A program made the translations under genes and the position numbers. This document shows positions 12,961 to 26,796 of a stretch of 64,000 nt of DNA, one piece after another. A model generated the notes under the pieces. The model ran no database searches. It was not told the origin of the DNA and saw nothing but the letters and a program-made list of their open reading frames with translations. Source of the stretch: Octopus vulgaris (lineage: Eukaryota); assembly GCA_951406725.2 (NCBI GenBank), contig OX597815.1, positions 36,146,001 to 36,210,000 of the forward strand. Reading direction: 5' to 3'. Positions within the stretch are counted from its first letter, which is position 1, and the number at the start of each line of letters is the position of its first letter.

Positions 12961-13555
12961 GGTTGTAATTCCTCCATCTACCAAAGATGACCTGTATACT
13001 TCTAGATTATGATCTAATAATGATATAGCCTCCATATTATTGACAATTTTGTTGATCCAACCTCTTGCTTCTGGAGGATATTTCCATAGTGTCTATTCAT
13101 GGAAGCAGAGTATGTCTGACAATCTTTATTTTTATTAATAAACTTGAAGAGCTGAGAGTCTTAAAGGGAATAGATGTAGCTAATAAAAATTCAGTTGAAA
13201 ATTATGGCAATTTACAACTTCATATCAGTTGTGTACCCATATCTCTCTTTACTCTCCTCACTGTTGTTATCCATTTTTCAAATTCAAGACAATCATTTGG
13301 GGTTTACTGATAAAAACACTAAAAATATAAGCTAAACTTAATTGTCCAACAAATCATTTTCATTTCATGACAATTCATCTTAGAATAGCAAAAATGTTTA
13401 TTATTCTAAATTTTGTCTAACTGGAAAAACTAAAAGGAGTATTGCCTGTTACTCTGTTAGTAGTCTATCTTCATAAAGAATTTAGCAATACCATATAGGT
13501 ACATATGATGTGATATATTCATGTCTTTCTGAAAAATATTAGCAGCATAAATAAT

Positions 13556-13691
13556 CCTTTCTATTATAGGCACAAGGCATGAAATTTTGGGGGTGGGGTT
13601 AAGTCCATTAAATCGACTCCAGTACTCAACTGGTACTTAATTTATCGACCTCGAAAAGATGAAAGGCAAAGTTAACCTCGGCGGAATTTGA
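13556..13691 (-). mobile_element. 5'-truncated SINE family B with 18-bp TSD
   Basis: ATTAGCAGCATAAATAAT at 13538-55 and 13692-709. Confidence 0.85.
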
Positions 13692-14065
13692 ATTAGCAGC
13701 ATAAATAATGTGAGAGAGCTTGAACTAGTAATAGAAACCTATTAAACAGAAGTGATTTCCCATTTTTATTACACACTTTCAAAATAGAGAGTCTAATTTA
13801 TATGTTTTAATACAGCTATAAAAAAAAAATTGATTGGCATCTAGATAATACATGCACATGTGTTCACACACAATGGAAGATTGAGTTGAAAAGAGGATTA
13901 TTGAACAGTTCCTAGTTTGAAATTTATCTGCCAATCACAGATGGCACATCTGTTTGCCCTTTTACTAACTAAATATGTGATAATGACCTTCACAGACCTC
14001 TACTCAGCAGTTAAATATTTCATCAACGATATTGGGGAAATGTCTGACACTGTTAATTGTATGGC

Positions 14066-14432
14066 TTTTCTTTTACTTGTTTCAGTCATTAGACTGTGGC
14101 CATGCTGGAGCACCACCTTCAAGAATTTTAGTCAAATTAATTGACCCCAGTAATTATCTTACCTTTCAGTCTGATGCTTATTCTATTGATCTCGTTTGCT
14201 GAACCTTAAAGTTACAGGAGATTTAAAATCACGAATACCAGCTGTCAAGAAGTGGTGGGGTACACAAATATGCATACACATGATGGGCTTCTTTTAGTTT
14301 CTGTCTACCAAATCCCCTCACAAGGTTTTGGTTAGCCCGAGACTATAGTAGAAGGCACTTGCCCAAGGTGCCATGCAGTGGGACTGAACCCTGGAACCAT
14401 GTGGTTTGGAAGCAAGCTTTTTATCACACAGT
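14066..14432 (-). mobile_element. SINE family A (diverged)
   Basis: Reverse-complement similarity to 1553-1940. Confidence 0.75.
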
Positions 14433-14879
14433 CAAGGCTGTTGATGTTTATATTTTTCTTTTTTTTACTTCTGTTATAATTAATCTTTCTAATGTTATTT
14501 CATCCTTCATGAGACAGAACTGGTGCATATTTCTAATTTCTGTAAGGGTCCACAGTGCCTAGGAGCAAAGACACTTTCAGCACCACCCTTCACCTTAATT
14601 AAGAGATATTATAAACCAGAGGAAATCTTGAATCCTTTCAAACCCGCATGTAGAGCAACTGTCATCCTCAACCCCATCTTGCTATAGTTTTCAGTTTAAG
14701 CAAATGGGATACACATCTTCTCTTGGAGATAGCTTTTCCATACATGAGAGATTTAACTCAGCAGTGCAAACCAAGGAAAACCTCTGTCAGTGCTACTGCA
14801 TAACCATTACTTATTATAGTGAATTAATACATCATGTAATATCTATTTAGAATTTAGTGGATATATTTTATAAAAATAT

Positions 14880-15560
14880 ATAGAAAATAGACTCCATCAA
14901 ATGCTAGGGGAGATACCTAGAAGTAGTTGGTAGCTTTCGTTACCTAGGTGACTAAGTTAGCAGCCAAGAGTTTGGCTGCTAGAATAAGACTCCGAATAGG
15001 CTGGGCAAAGTTCAGAGAGCTTCTGTCTTTGTTGGCTATAAAGGACCTCTCCCTCAGAGTGAAAGCAAATTGTGTGATGCCTGTGTGAAAACAGCCATGC
15101 TACATGACAGTGAAACATAGGTTGTGATGGCAGAGGACATGTGAAGGCTTGAAAGAAATGAATCTAGTATGCTCTGCTGAATGTGCAATGTCAGTGTGCA
15201 TGTACGGCAGAGTGTAAGAGAAAAATTGGGCATAAGAGGCATCAGATGTGGTGTGCAACAGAGATGTCTGCACTAGTATGGTCATGTGATGCATATGGAT
15301 GAGGACAGCTGTGTAAAGAAGTACTGATCTTTTATTGTGGAGGAAACCTGTGGAAGAGGTGGACCCAGGAAGACATGGAACAAAGTGGTGAAGCATGATC
15401 TCTGAATGTGGGGCCTCACAGAGGTGATGACAAGTGATCACAACCTTTGGTGATTTGCTGTGCTTGAGAAGACTTGTCTAGCCAAGTGAAATTGTAGTTG
15501 TGGTTGATGCCAGTAACATGTAAAAACACCTGTGTCGGTGACATAAAAGCACCCAGCCAA
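14880..15560 (+). mobile_element. RTE LINE fragment (same family, C-terminus)
   Basis: LEVVGSFRYLGD..RIGWAKFRELL..LSLRVK..GRGGPRKTW. Confidence 0.85.
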
Positions 15561-18315
15561 ATCTCCCTCAAATCATGAGTCAGTGTGTGAGCCTCTACAT
15601 GACTGCTTAAACTGTTAGAAATAGCAGCTAAATCTGCCTCAAATCACAAACAACTAAGGAAACCAGTATGTACACTCCGTCTGTTAGAAATGACAGCCAA
15701 ATTTCTCTAATGTCATATCCTACTATCTTAAAAAGGGATACATAAGATAATATTCTTTTAGATACACTGTCTGATATACAAAAAAGCCAGGATGGTCATG
15801 ACTGGAATGCCTTTGATCACATGACTACTTGATCCTAAGTTAAACAGTAGCACCCCCTTCCCCCCAGCCACACTTATTATTTTTATGACATGTGTTATCT
15901 CAGACCGAACTTTGATTAACTGTTGAAACCTCTAATCTCTTACAAAATGAACCCAAGTTCAAGGATAAAATTCCTCTATCACTTCTCACCTATCTGTTCT
16001 TCCTTTTCAGCGTATTTTCTTGTTGAATTTCAAGTTTTTACACTCCAGCCTTGAAAACATTATCAGGTTTCTTAAACTTTACAATCTTCTTCTTCATACA
16101 CAAGGAGGAGTTTTGTGTCTATTAGTCAGTATGTACATTTTTTAATTCTTCAGAAACCTATCTGTCTTGAGCTTCCAACATTCTAACAAGAAGGTTTTAT
16201 TTATAAACCAGTAATATGGTCTCTTGCATTGATCTGGTGAATGGGTGTTCCTATAAATCCAAGTAAAGCTTGCTGGAAACCATTTTTATTCTGGCAAATC
16301 TTTGTACTGATAGCGTCTATGGGTGTGACTTGAAAGGAATTTGGTTGCTATTTTTTTTGTTACAAAATGCTCCATAATGAGCTCAATTAAGGTGTGTTTT
16401 TTTTAAAATTTAGACTCAAGTCAGCCTTGATCAAGTAGCCCTAAGTATCTCATATTTCCTGCCTTTCTAGATGTATCACTATGTGTAAGCAATGTCCTTC
16501 CATTTAAGATAGTGGGGGTTTAGTGTAGGGAAATATTTGGCTGTTATTTCTAGCAGGTTAAGTGACTGTCAAGGCTTCCTGGTTGGCCCATCAATCAAAG
16601 CTATATGTACTTAGTAGGTTACTAATATACTTCTACAGAATTTTTGTCTCTTTTATGCTTTCTACAAACATAGCCGTAAAAATTAAGTGGTGGGCACACT
16701 ACTGAAGACTTCAATTCTTGCAGATATTAGATAGGCCAGTTCTGTCTAATACAGCTCAACCTTCTTCAACTTATAGTTGTGGAAGTTGAACTCAACACTG
16801 CAAATTAATGAAAGACACTGAATTTGTCTTCTTAGTGGTGGACATAGTGGTTGGGTAGTCTCTATCTTGAAATAGCTATTTACAGCTTGATAGACAAGTT
16901 TATTGGAGTGTTAAATGTCTTTGCTATGGGAAATCAAACAGTATTAATGACAGGACATGGACCACTAACTTCCTCCTTGTTAGGCTGAAGTTATTCATAA
17001 TATCTTAAACAGAATACACCATCAATTAATCATACAGCATTTATTATTATTAGCTCACTTGAAGGCAGTGAGCTGGCAGAATTGCTAGAATGTTAACAAA
17101 ATACCGTAGTAGTATTTCTTCCAACTCATTATGTTCTGAGTTCAAATTCCACTGGAGTTACCCTTGTCTTTTATCCCTACAGAGTTGATAGAATAAAGTA
17201 TTAGTCAAGTACAGGAGTTGATGCAATTGCCTAACCACCGCCTCCTAAAATTGCTGGCCCGGTGCCAAAATTTGAAGCAATTAATATCTCATTTATACCA
17301 CTGAAGAACTGACTCTTTGGTTTAACTTGTGCTACATTTTTTTGAATAATATCTGTTAAACAACCTATAACAACATTGTAGAATAGTTAGATATGCAATT
17401 AGTTGATCTATAATATTCATCATCATCATCATCATCATCGTTTAACATCCGTTTTCCATGCTAGCATGGGTTGAAGGCTATTGAGTGACATCAGTTGTAT
17501 ATAACAATACGATGCCTTGCCATGCGCCCTTAACTCTTGATAGTATTTTAGGGGTACCATCATGACATATGGCATGTCTTGGGCACTTTTTGACCTGACA
17601 GACTCCATTCTTTTCCAATCCAACCACAGAAGGCTTTCCTTTCACAGGTCTCATTGGTTTTGAATTGTCATTGATCCTTTCTGTAACTTTGCTTTTTTTC
17701 TAGGTAAAGGTTTTGATCCTATGTGAATCCATTTTTACTGCTGGGAAAAGGTGGTTCACATTAGTTTGGCCCCTATCCTTTGACTTGTCCAACATGGGAG
17801 GCTCTACTAGGAGTTTACACTCCATTGGCATAGCTCTCAGAGTCATTGAGACACACACAAATCACCACATAGCAACAAAGATTGGACTTTGTGGTAGAGA
17901 AACATAATTAGACAAACAGAAAGAAAGAGAGAGAGAGAGAGAGAGAGAAATAGGAGGATTGTACTCTGTACAGAAGTGGTCATTTTTTTTTATTGACCTT
18001 GAAAGATGAGCGGAAAAGTTGACCACGGATGGATTTGAAGCCAGAGTGTATAGAGCTGAATGGTAACTGCAAAACATTTTATCTGATGCTCTGGTGACTT
18101 TGCTAACTGGCTGCCTTGGTTATACCTTAATATGAATTGCAGTACATCCTGTTGATGCATAATTCTAAGTGTATATGCATGTTATATTGATGTTTATATG
18201 ACTACCCACACACACAGAATGTTGTGTATGACTGGTATAATTGCTAATGTTTTTTTTTCTAAATAAATCAATTTATGGGCTGTTTCTGGTAAGCTGTGAG
18301 TGGATGTATATCTGA

Positions 18316-18650
18316 CTAGCAGTATCGCCCGGCGTTGCTCGGGTTTGTAAGGGAAATAACTATATAAGCATTTTTAGAGTGTTATAGCAAAAAAATGCAT
18401 TAAAAATGGAAAAAAAATGATGGTAAATTTTTTTTTAAATCGTTGACTTATCGTAGACATTTTTAGAGAGTTACTTCCCTTATATAATAGCGAAAAAATG
18501 CATTAAAATGGGAAAAAATACCCAGAAGGGCTCGATATGAATCACGACTATAAGATACCCGGCTTTGGTTAAACTGCACTGCAAAATGTGGGAGGAGTTA
18601 GGAATCTAAATCGTAGGAGACAGACACAACTTGACTTTTATATATAAAGA
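18316..18650 (-). mobile_element. Non-autonomous Helitron (same family)
   Basis: Reverse complement of the 11774 family with the same TC/CTAG ends at an AT site. Confidence 0.85.
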
Positions 18651-18984
18651 TATTGCCCACATAGGGTGCTATGTATAGATTGTTTGTGAGAGAGTTATGT
18701 CATATATATTGAGGTTGAACAACATAGGTGGTGGGATACCATGTTTGATAAACTCGTTCTATCATTTTTATCTATAACTGCTCTACTGAACTTATAATCT
18801 AGCTTTCTGGAGAAATTCATGTCACTTTTTGTCTATGCAATGCAGAAACCTCTTCAATCTGTTAGATATAGCTGCCAAATTTCTCACTAGTTACATCATG
18901 CAAATACGGAATTATATCCCTATCAACAAATACTCACTCCTCTCCACACACTCTCTCTCACGTACACACATACATTTGAATATC

Positions 18985-19192
18985 TCTTTTACTCTTTTAC
19001 TTGTTTCAGTCATTTGACTGTGGCCATGCTGGAGCACCGCCTTTAGTCGAGCAAATCAACCCCAGGACTTATTCGTTGTAAGCCTAGTACTTATTCTATT
19101 GGTCTCTTTTACCGAACCGCCAAGTTACAGGGACGTAAGTACACCAGCATCGGTTGTCAAGCGATGTTGGGGGGACAAACACAGACACACAA

Positions 19193-19223
<31 letters not shown>

Positions 19224-19397
19224 AGCGTATATATGACGAGCTTCTTTCAGTTTCCGTCTACCAAATCCACTCACAAGGCTTTGGTTGGCCCGAGGCTATA
19301 GTAGAAGACACTTGCCCAAGGTGCCACACAATGGGACTGAACCCGGAATCATGTGGTTGGTAAGCAAGCTACTTACCACACAGCCACTCCTACGCCT
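18985..19397 (-). mobile_element. SINE family A
   Basis: Full-length reverse copy. Confidence 0.85.
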
Positions 19398-19479
19398 ATT
19401 AATAAATCTGTTATCAACAACTCAGCTATACAGACACAAAGTTACATACATACATGATGGCTGTCTAATCATTAGATGA

Positions 19480-20300
19480 GCACAACCATTGCTGATAGGT
19501 TGACTTATAACTGATTGTTCCTGCAAACATGAGATCGACAGTAAATTCCTGAAGCTGGTGAAAGTCTTACAGAGTTTACCACAAAGACTGCAAACTAAAT
19601 CCATGTTTTCAACCTGACAGTTAGGCATCTCAGGTGGAGAATCATTATGGGTTTTCAAATGTTTCATGAGTCCAAAGCGGCTCTCACAGTCTTTACTGCT
19701 TACAGCATAGGTAAGTGGATTTGCAATAACAGATTGAGCATAATTTATTGGCAGGTTGTCAGTGTGACTCTTGAGGTGGCTAATTCTACCTCCTCTTCCT
19801 TGTAGGCAGCTCGTTTGGTCCTTGCTCTGCTTATTGAGTGACATCCTTTATGAATTTATTTTCTCCACCTGTTTTTGTTGCCAGCTTGTACTTCCCAGTT
19901 GTGAAGGTCAAGATTGAACTGTTGCAGTGAATCTTTGACTCAGTCCTTGAAATGCTTCTCAAGTTTTCACTGAGCCCATTTTCCTTCGACCAGCTCCCCA
20001 TAAAGCATCTGTTTGGAGATACAACTATTGTCCAGCTGTATCAGATGTCCTTCCCTATGAAGTTAGTGCTTGTGTCTATGAGCTTCTTGACTGAATGTAT
20101 CAGCTTGTTCCAGTGCCTCTGTGTCTGGAACATGTAAGATCCAGTGAATGTCCAAGATCAATCTCAGGGAGTGCAGGTAGAAGTGCTCCGATATGTTTAA
20201 ATGTTTTTTGTAAATCACCTGGGTCTCACAAGAGTAAAGAAGTATTGTAAGAACACAGGTACAATAGACATCTATCCATCCATCAAAACTTCTACTAAGT
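19480..20300 (-). mobile_element. RTE/BovB-like LINE C-terminus with C2H2-like fingers
   Basis: VYCTCVLTILLYSCET..SLRLILDIHW; downstream KDCESRFGLMKHLKTH and CSLCGKLCK. Confidence 0.7.
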
Positions 20301-20524
20301 GCAAACACAGGGCTGGATACCATCTAACTCAACCATCTAACTCACACATTGCAAATACAATCTGTAAGTGGAACAGTAAAAATATGCAAGACTTTACTCA
20401 AGTTCAAATTCTGAATCTGTTTTTGTTATCTACATTCCAATGATGGAGCTTTGTACCTTTGTTAGAAACCAGCTCCTTTCTTGCAGGAAGATTTCAAATA
20501 ATTAAAGGTATATAAGAGCATTAC

Positions 20525-20528
20525 ATAC

Positions 20529-20596
<68 letters not shown>

Positions 20597-20703
20597 GAAA
20601 TTTTGTATGTAAAAATTATTTTAATCTTCGGATTTTTTTAATATGCTAGGCCACTGGTTTTAATTGATTAATATCAATTTCTACCCTTATTCAATTTTAT
20701 ATA

Positions 20704-20755
<52 letters not shown>
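20525..20755. repeat. Two (TA)n microsatellites
   Basis: About 20525-20594 and 20698-20755. Confidence 0.95.
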
Positions 20756-20757
<2 letters not shown>

Positions 20758-21171
20758 ATCTACAAACTTTGGGACTCACAGAGGGGATGACAGGGGACTG
20801 AGATTCCTGGCAGTTTGCTGTGCTTGAAAAAGCATGTCAAGCTGAGTAAAAGTGCAGCTGCCCTTGCATACAGGCTTTTCCCTTGCAACCTTCTCTAGCT
20901 GAGCATTCCTAATCTTGCAGGCTCATAAATGCTGGTGCCATGTAAAAAGCACCTATACTGGTGCTGCATAAAAGCACCCAGTACACTTTGTCTCTGTAAA
21001 GTGGCTGGCATTAGAAAGGCACACAGCCATAGAAACCATGCCAAAACAGACATGGAACCTGAACAACCTTTCAGCTGGTCAGCTTCTGTTAAACTGTCCA
21101 ACCCATGCCAGCATGGAAAACAATGTTAAATGATGATAATGTGATATATATGTATGTATATATATATGTGT

Positions 21172-21480
21172 GGAGGCGCAATGGCCCAGTGGTCAGGGCA
21201 GCGGACTTGCGGTTGTAGGATCGCGGTTTCGATTCCCAGACCGGGCGTTGTGTGTGTTTATCAAGCGAAAACACCTAAAGCTCCACGAGGCTCCAGCAGG
21301 GGGTGGTGGCGATTCCTGCTGTACTCTTTCGCCACAACTTTCTCTCACTCTTTCTTCTGTTGGCCTGCTCGCTTAGCCAGCGAGGTGGCGTCACTTGAAG
21401 GCTAAAACAATGCAAAGCGCATTGTGACCAGCGATGTGTAGCAACATCTGATAGTCTGGTCGATCACGGTGATCACATTG
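21172..21480 (+). mobile_element. tRNA-derived SINE family D, tail type 1
   Basis: GGAGGCGCAATGGCCCAGTGG..GGTTTCGATTCCC head plus core AAAACACCTAAAGCTCCACGAGGCTCC. Confidence 0.85.
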
Positions 21481-22345
21481 ATATATATATATATGAAACA
21501 AGAAAAGGATGGAGGTACTGGTATCACATTTTTTCTTTGGCTACAACTATTTCAAAAATATATGGAGCAGATAAATCATTTAACAAGGTGGAAAATAAGG
21601 ATAATGTTATATTAGGTTCAAATTTTGACACAAGGCCTGCAATTTCAGAGGAATGGGGTAAGTCAATTACATCAACCCTAGTACTTGATGATTATGTAAT
21701 ATCAAATATAACCAATATTCATTTTCCATGATTGAATAAATAGTTTAATGCAGGTATTAATTCCTGAGTAAATAATACAGGTATTAATTTATTTATTTGG
21801 TGATGAAGAAATGACTATGAGTTGGCTTCAAATTTTAGCACAAAGCCAGCAAGTTTGGGTGAGGGAATAAATTGATTACATCAACCCTAGTGCTCAACTG
21901 GTACTTATTTTATCAACCCTGAAAGGATGAAAGGCAAAGTTGACCTTGATGGAATTAGAATTTAGAACATAAAGATGGATAGAATGCTGCTGAGTATTTT
22001 GCCCAGTGCAGTAACAATTCTACAAGCCTCTGCCTTGGCTGTACTTAATATTACAGAATCACTGTTTTCTACATTGTTAAATGATTAATTTGACCTATAT
22101 GTTCAAATGGTTGCAATTAAAGAATAATTGCGATACTAGTACCTCCATTCTTATTCTTGTTATATTATACTGCACAACTTTCAAACCTTCCTGGATTTTC
22201 ATTTTGTGTAAACCACTTTCTTTGAATAGAGCATCATTTCTTTCTTATACATTCTGTTAACCGGTATTCACAGGAGTGCTGACTGATGTAATCACCTTGA
22301 TTCCTGACCCCACCACTTTCAATCACTATTTATATACATATGTGT

Positions 22346-22712
22346 GGAGGCACAATGGCCCAGTGGTTAGGGCAGCGGACTCGCGGTTTCGATTCCCAGA
22401 CCGGGCGTTGTGAGTGTTTATTGAGCGAAAACACCTGAAGCTCCACGAGGCTCCGGCAGGGGATGGTGGTGATCCCTGCTGTACTCTTTCACCACAACTT
22501 TCTCTCACTCTTACTTCCTGTTTCTGTTGTACTTGTATTTCAAAGGGCCGGCCTTGTCACTCTCTGTGTCACGCTGAATATCCCCGAGAACTACGTTAAG
22601 GGTACACGTGTCTGTGGAGTGCTCAGCCACTTACACGTTAATTTCACGAGCAGGCTGTTCCGTTGATTCGGATCAACAGGAACCCTCGTCGTCGTAACCG
22701 ACAGAGTGCTTC
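22346..22712 (+). mobile_element. SINE family D, tail type 2
   Basis: Same head and core, unrelated 3' part. Confidence 0.85.
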
Positions 22713-23450
22713 CTCATATACATATGTAGAAAGGTAGTGAGCAGGCAGAATTGTTAGCATGCCGGACAAAATACTGCTAAGCATTTTGTCTGTCTTTACA
22801 TTCTGAGTTCAAATTCTGCCAAGCTGCTGAAATTTTATCTTTCACCCATTTGGAGTTGAAAAAAGAAGTACCCTCTCCCTGCTCCCCTAAAATTGCTGGT
22901 GTTGTGCCAAAATTTGAAACCTATATATATGGAGTGAAAGTGTTCCATCCTAACACTTTAGTGAATTGTTGGCTGATTAATGAAGTGTGATAGGGATGAG
23001 ACATTCATATTTGTTTGATCTTACAAACTTCTCTCTTTGTTACTCTTCATTATAAACTAATAAAGGTGTTGTCTGTCACACTCTTTCTGTATCTCTTTCT
23101 TTCCTTTCATCTCAGTGAGTGAGAGAGAGAAAGAGAGAGAGAGGCTGGTTGACAGCAAGAGTAAGAAAGTGTGAGAAAGTGAGACAAAAAGACAGTGTGA
23201 GAGAGAACAAAGAAAAGGGTAGTGGAGATGGAAAATGATGTAAAATAAGTGTGAATACTCTTCCAATTTCCCCATAATGTTTTCAAACCAAATGTTGACA
23301 ATGTACCTAAAAATAAGTGTAAAAAGAATTATTTTGTGTGCTATTGTAATTAATATTTTCATCTTTAAAAAACTGAAACAGCAGTTCAAGTTTTCAGAAG
23401 GTGAAACGATACTATTCTGATGTTTTCATTATTGAATATAGATTACTTCA

Positions 23451-23815
23451 CTTTTTACTTGTTGCAATCATTGGACTGTGGCCATGCTAGAGTACAACTT
23501 TGAAAGTTTAAGTCAAACAAATCAACCCAGAATTTATTTATTAAATCCAGTACTTATTCTATTGGTCTCTTTCACCAAACTGCTAAGTTACAGGGACATA
23601 GACAAACCAACACCAGTTGTCAAATGGTATGTGGGGACAACAAACACAAAGACACACACATACATATAAACATATCTATATATGATGAGCTTCCACACAG
23701 TTTCCATCTACTATTCACTCACAAAATATTAGTCATTCCAGAGCTATAGCAAAAGATACTTGCCCAAGGGGTGTCACACAGTGGGACTGAACCCAAAGCC
23801 ACATGGTTGCTAAGC
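23451..23815 (-). mobile_element. SINE family A (diverged)
   Basis: Reverse copy, many substitutions. Confidence 0.7.
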
Positions 23816-24217
23816 AGTATAGTGGGGCCTTATGTCCATTACTACAGTAAAAATTTTCGTTGAAACTACTGACATTTTGTGTTCTTAGTTTTTCTTTCTC
23901 TTTGTGTTTCATTATTGGAAATCTAAATAATTATTATGTCATTACTTAATGATAATTTTGAAAGGTTTTGTTACAAAAATGTATTAAACCTGACTCCACT
24001 TAATACAGTGGTGTAAATTGGCATCCAGCTGTAAAAACCATTCCCAAAACATATTTTGTGTGCCTAATGACGAAGAACCTTAATGAGTGTAGAGACTCTT
24101 TGGGAATGTTTAGTCATGGAAACTATTTTCAGACCAAGACCAAAGATAAAACAGATGTATTAGACATGTAATCTCATACAAGCTGTAGAAGTGCTCTAGT
24201 TAATTGGTGTTCATTAT

Positions 24218-24633
24218 AGGTGTGGCTGTGTGGTTCAGAAGCTTACTTTCCAACTATGAGGTCTTGGGTTCAGTCCTATAACACAGCACCTTGGGTAAGT
24301 GTCTTGTACTATAGTACAGAGATGACCAAAGCCTTGAGTGTGGATTTGGTAGATGGAAACTGAAAGAAGCCCATCATATGTGTGTGTGTGTGTGTGTCCT
24401 TGTCTAGATATCATGTGATGGTTGTAAATGAGTATCATTATCATACAAGCAAGGTTGTTCATTTCCAGTCTTCTGTGGAAAGCATGTCTGGCCATGGGAA
24501 AATATTGCCTTGCTTGGAAACAGGTGAAGGTTGGCAACAGGAAGGACATCAGGTTATAGAAATTCTGCCTCAACAAATTCCATCTGACCCATGCAAGCAT
24601 GGAAAAGTGAACATTAGATGATGATGACGATGA
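24218..24633 (+). mobile_element. SINE with family A head and RTE-type (ATG)n tail
   Basis: Family A 5' half, then a different body ending GACCCATGCAAGCATGGAAAAG..(ATG)n; related copy at about 53689-54530. Confidence 0.75.
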
Positions 24634-25586
24634 CTGATTTTACACTGTTATGTGATTGAGGTTGGGCCAAGCCTGTTCATCATTGTGTTCATTTTTGTGT
24701 CTCAAAAACAAGAGGAGAGCTATTTGGGTGGGGTGGCATACTACGTTGTTATTGTTGTTGTTTTTGTAAATGTTTTTATTTTAGCCCAGCAAGCTTGCTG
24801 CAGTATTAGTGAAAGTATTAGTCACTGTTCACTATACAACAGGGGTGACAGGTTTCATCTGGGCATGTGACTACAGGGTACTCATCATTGACAAGCCCCA
24901 AGAAGAGCAAGACATGTTCTCTATGGCATTCCCATGGCTTGCTGCTGGAACAATGTTCGTCTCATTCCAATATGTATTGTTTTTAACACATGTCTATGAA
25001 GAGATTTTCTCTCAAACAAAATCCAGCACCATGCCTATCAGTACTGTACATATGTTCAGTATGATGGTGATAAAACATTGTGTCTAAAATTAATAAAACT
25101 TGGATCGATATCGTCATTGTCATCATTAGCATCATCATCATCATTGATATCGTCATCATCGTCATCATCTTTGCCAATATCTGTTTCTTTATTACCCACA
25201 AGGGGCTAAACATAGAGGGGACAAATGGATTAAGTCTATTACATCAACCCCAGTGTGTAACTGGTACTTAATTTATCGACCCCGAAAGGATGAAAGGCAA
25301 AGTCGACCTCGGCGGAATTTGAACTCAGAACCTAACGGCAGACGAAATACGGCTACGCATTTCACTCGGCGTGCAAACGGTTCTGCCGCCAATATCGTTG
25401 TCATCATCACCATCCTCAACTCCTAGTCATCAGCTACCTAAACCAGTGCTACACAAAGTGGTGATCTGTGAACCAGTGCCAGTCTGCGAGCTATCAGTGG
25501 CCGATATGCAGCGAGTTTCCTGAAAAGAAAGAAACATTATAAAATGCTTATGTAATATTGTATTATTAGTTTACAAAATAAATATA

Positions 25587-25975
25587 AGGTGCATGAGTGG
25601 CTGTGTGGTAAGTGTCTTGCTTACCAACCATATGGTTCTGGGTTCAGTCCCACTGCATGGCACCTTGGGCAAATGTCTTCTACTATAGCCTCGGGCCAAC
25701 CAAAGCCTTGTGAGTGGATTTGGTAGACAGAAACTGGAAGAAGCCCATTGTATGTGTGTGTGTGTTTGTATGTCTATGTTTGTCCCCCCTAACATGGCTT
25801 GACAACCGATGCTGGTGTGTTTATGTCCCCGTAACTTAGCGGTTCGGCAAAGGAGACTCATAGAATAAGTACTAGGCTTACAAAGAATAAGTCCCGGGGT
25901 TGATTTGCTCAACTAAAGGCGGTGCTCCAACATGGCCACAGTCAAATGATTGAAACAAATAAAAGAATAAGATAA
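25587..25975 (+). mobile_element. SINE family A
   Basis: Full-length copy. Confidence 0.85.
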
Positions 25976-26110
25976 AACAAATTGTCAATTTTTATTATAT
26001 TCATTATATATATTGTTTCGGTATAAATTAATATTACTAATAAATATTACCAGTTCCTGGCACATTGGGAAAAAAAAACTGCCAGTATTATTTGTTTACA
26101 AAATAAATAT

Positions 26111-26500
26111 AAGGCGCAGGAGTGGCTGTGTGGTAAGTAGCTTGCTAACCAACCACATGGTTGCGGGTTCAGTCCCACTGCGTGGCATCTTGGGCAAGTG
26201 TCTTCTGCTATAGCCCCGGGCCGACCAATGCCTTGTGAGTGGATTTGGTAGACGGAAACTGAAAGAAGCCTGTCGTATATATGTATATATATGTGTTTGT
26301 GTGTCTGTGTTTGTCCCCTTAGCATTGCTTGACAACCGATGCTGGTGTGTTTACGTCCCCGTCACTTAGCAGTTCGGCAAAAAGAGACCGATAGAATAAG
26401 TACTGGGCTTACAAAGAATAAGTCCCGGGGTCGATTTGCTCGACTAAAGGCGGTGCTCCAGCATGGCTGCAGTCAAATGACTGAAACAAGTAAATAAAAA
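26111..26500 (+). mobile_element. SINE family A (young subfamily)
   Basis: Full-length, CpG-rich; shares diagnostic bases with 40204-40614. Confidence 0.85.
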
Positions 26501-26796
26501 AAATAAAAAAAGTATGCCAGATCAGATAGTTTGAGAAGCACTGACCCAAACCACATCAATTAGTAATAAGAATTGCATTCAGTTATAAAATCTCTATCTT
26601 GTAAAAGTTGCATAGATGAGTTGTAATGGAAGGGCACTATATTGTTGACTCAACCTGTTGAAGATGACTATGATAATGATTCTTGATACTGATGATAATA
26701 TTGATACAGATAAAAATATTGGTGGTGATGGTTAGTAACTTGAAGGGATACAATTCATTGAAGATTACTTCCTTTGTGAAGAAAAAACAAGGCTAC

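Larger units (their letters stand above)
25444..26543. mobile_element. hAT-type MITE interrupted by two SINEs
   Basis: TIRs CAGTGCTACACAAA / TTTGAGAAGCACTG; 8-bp TSD ACCTAAAC / ACCCAAAC. Confidence 0.65.

Noticed and set aside
21172-21245. tRNA gene (also heads at 22346, 51798, 55626, 62291)
   Set aside because: A/B boxes are present, but there is no intact acceptor stem or cloverleaf and each is fused to a repeat body: these are SINE heads.
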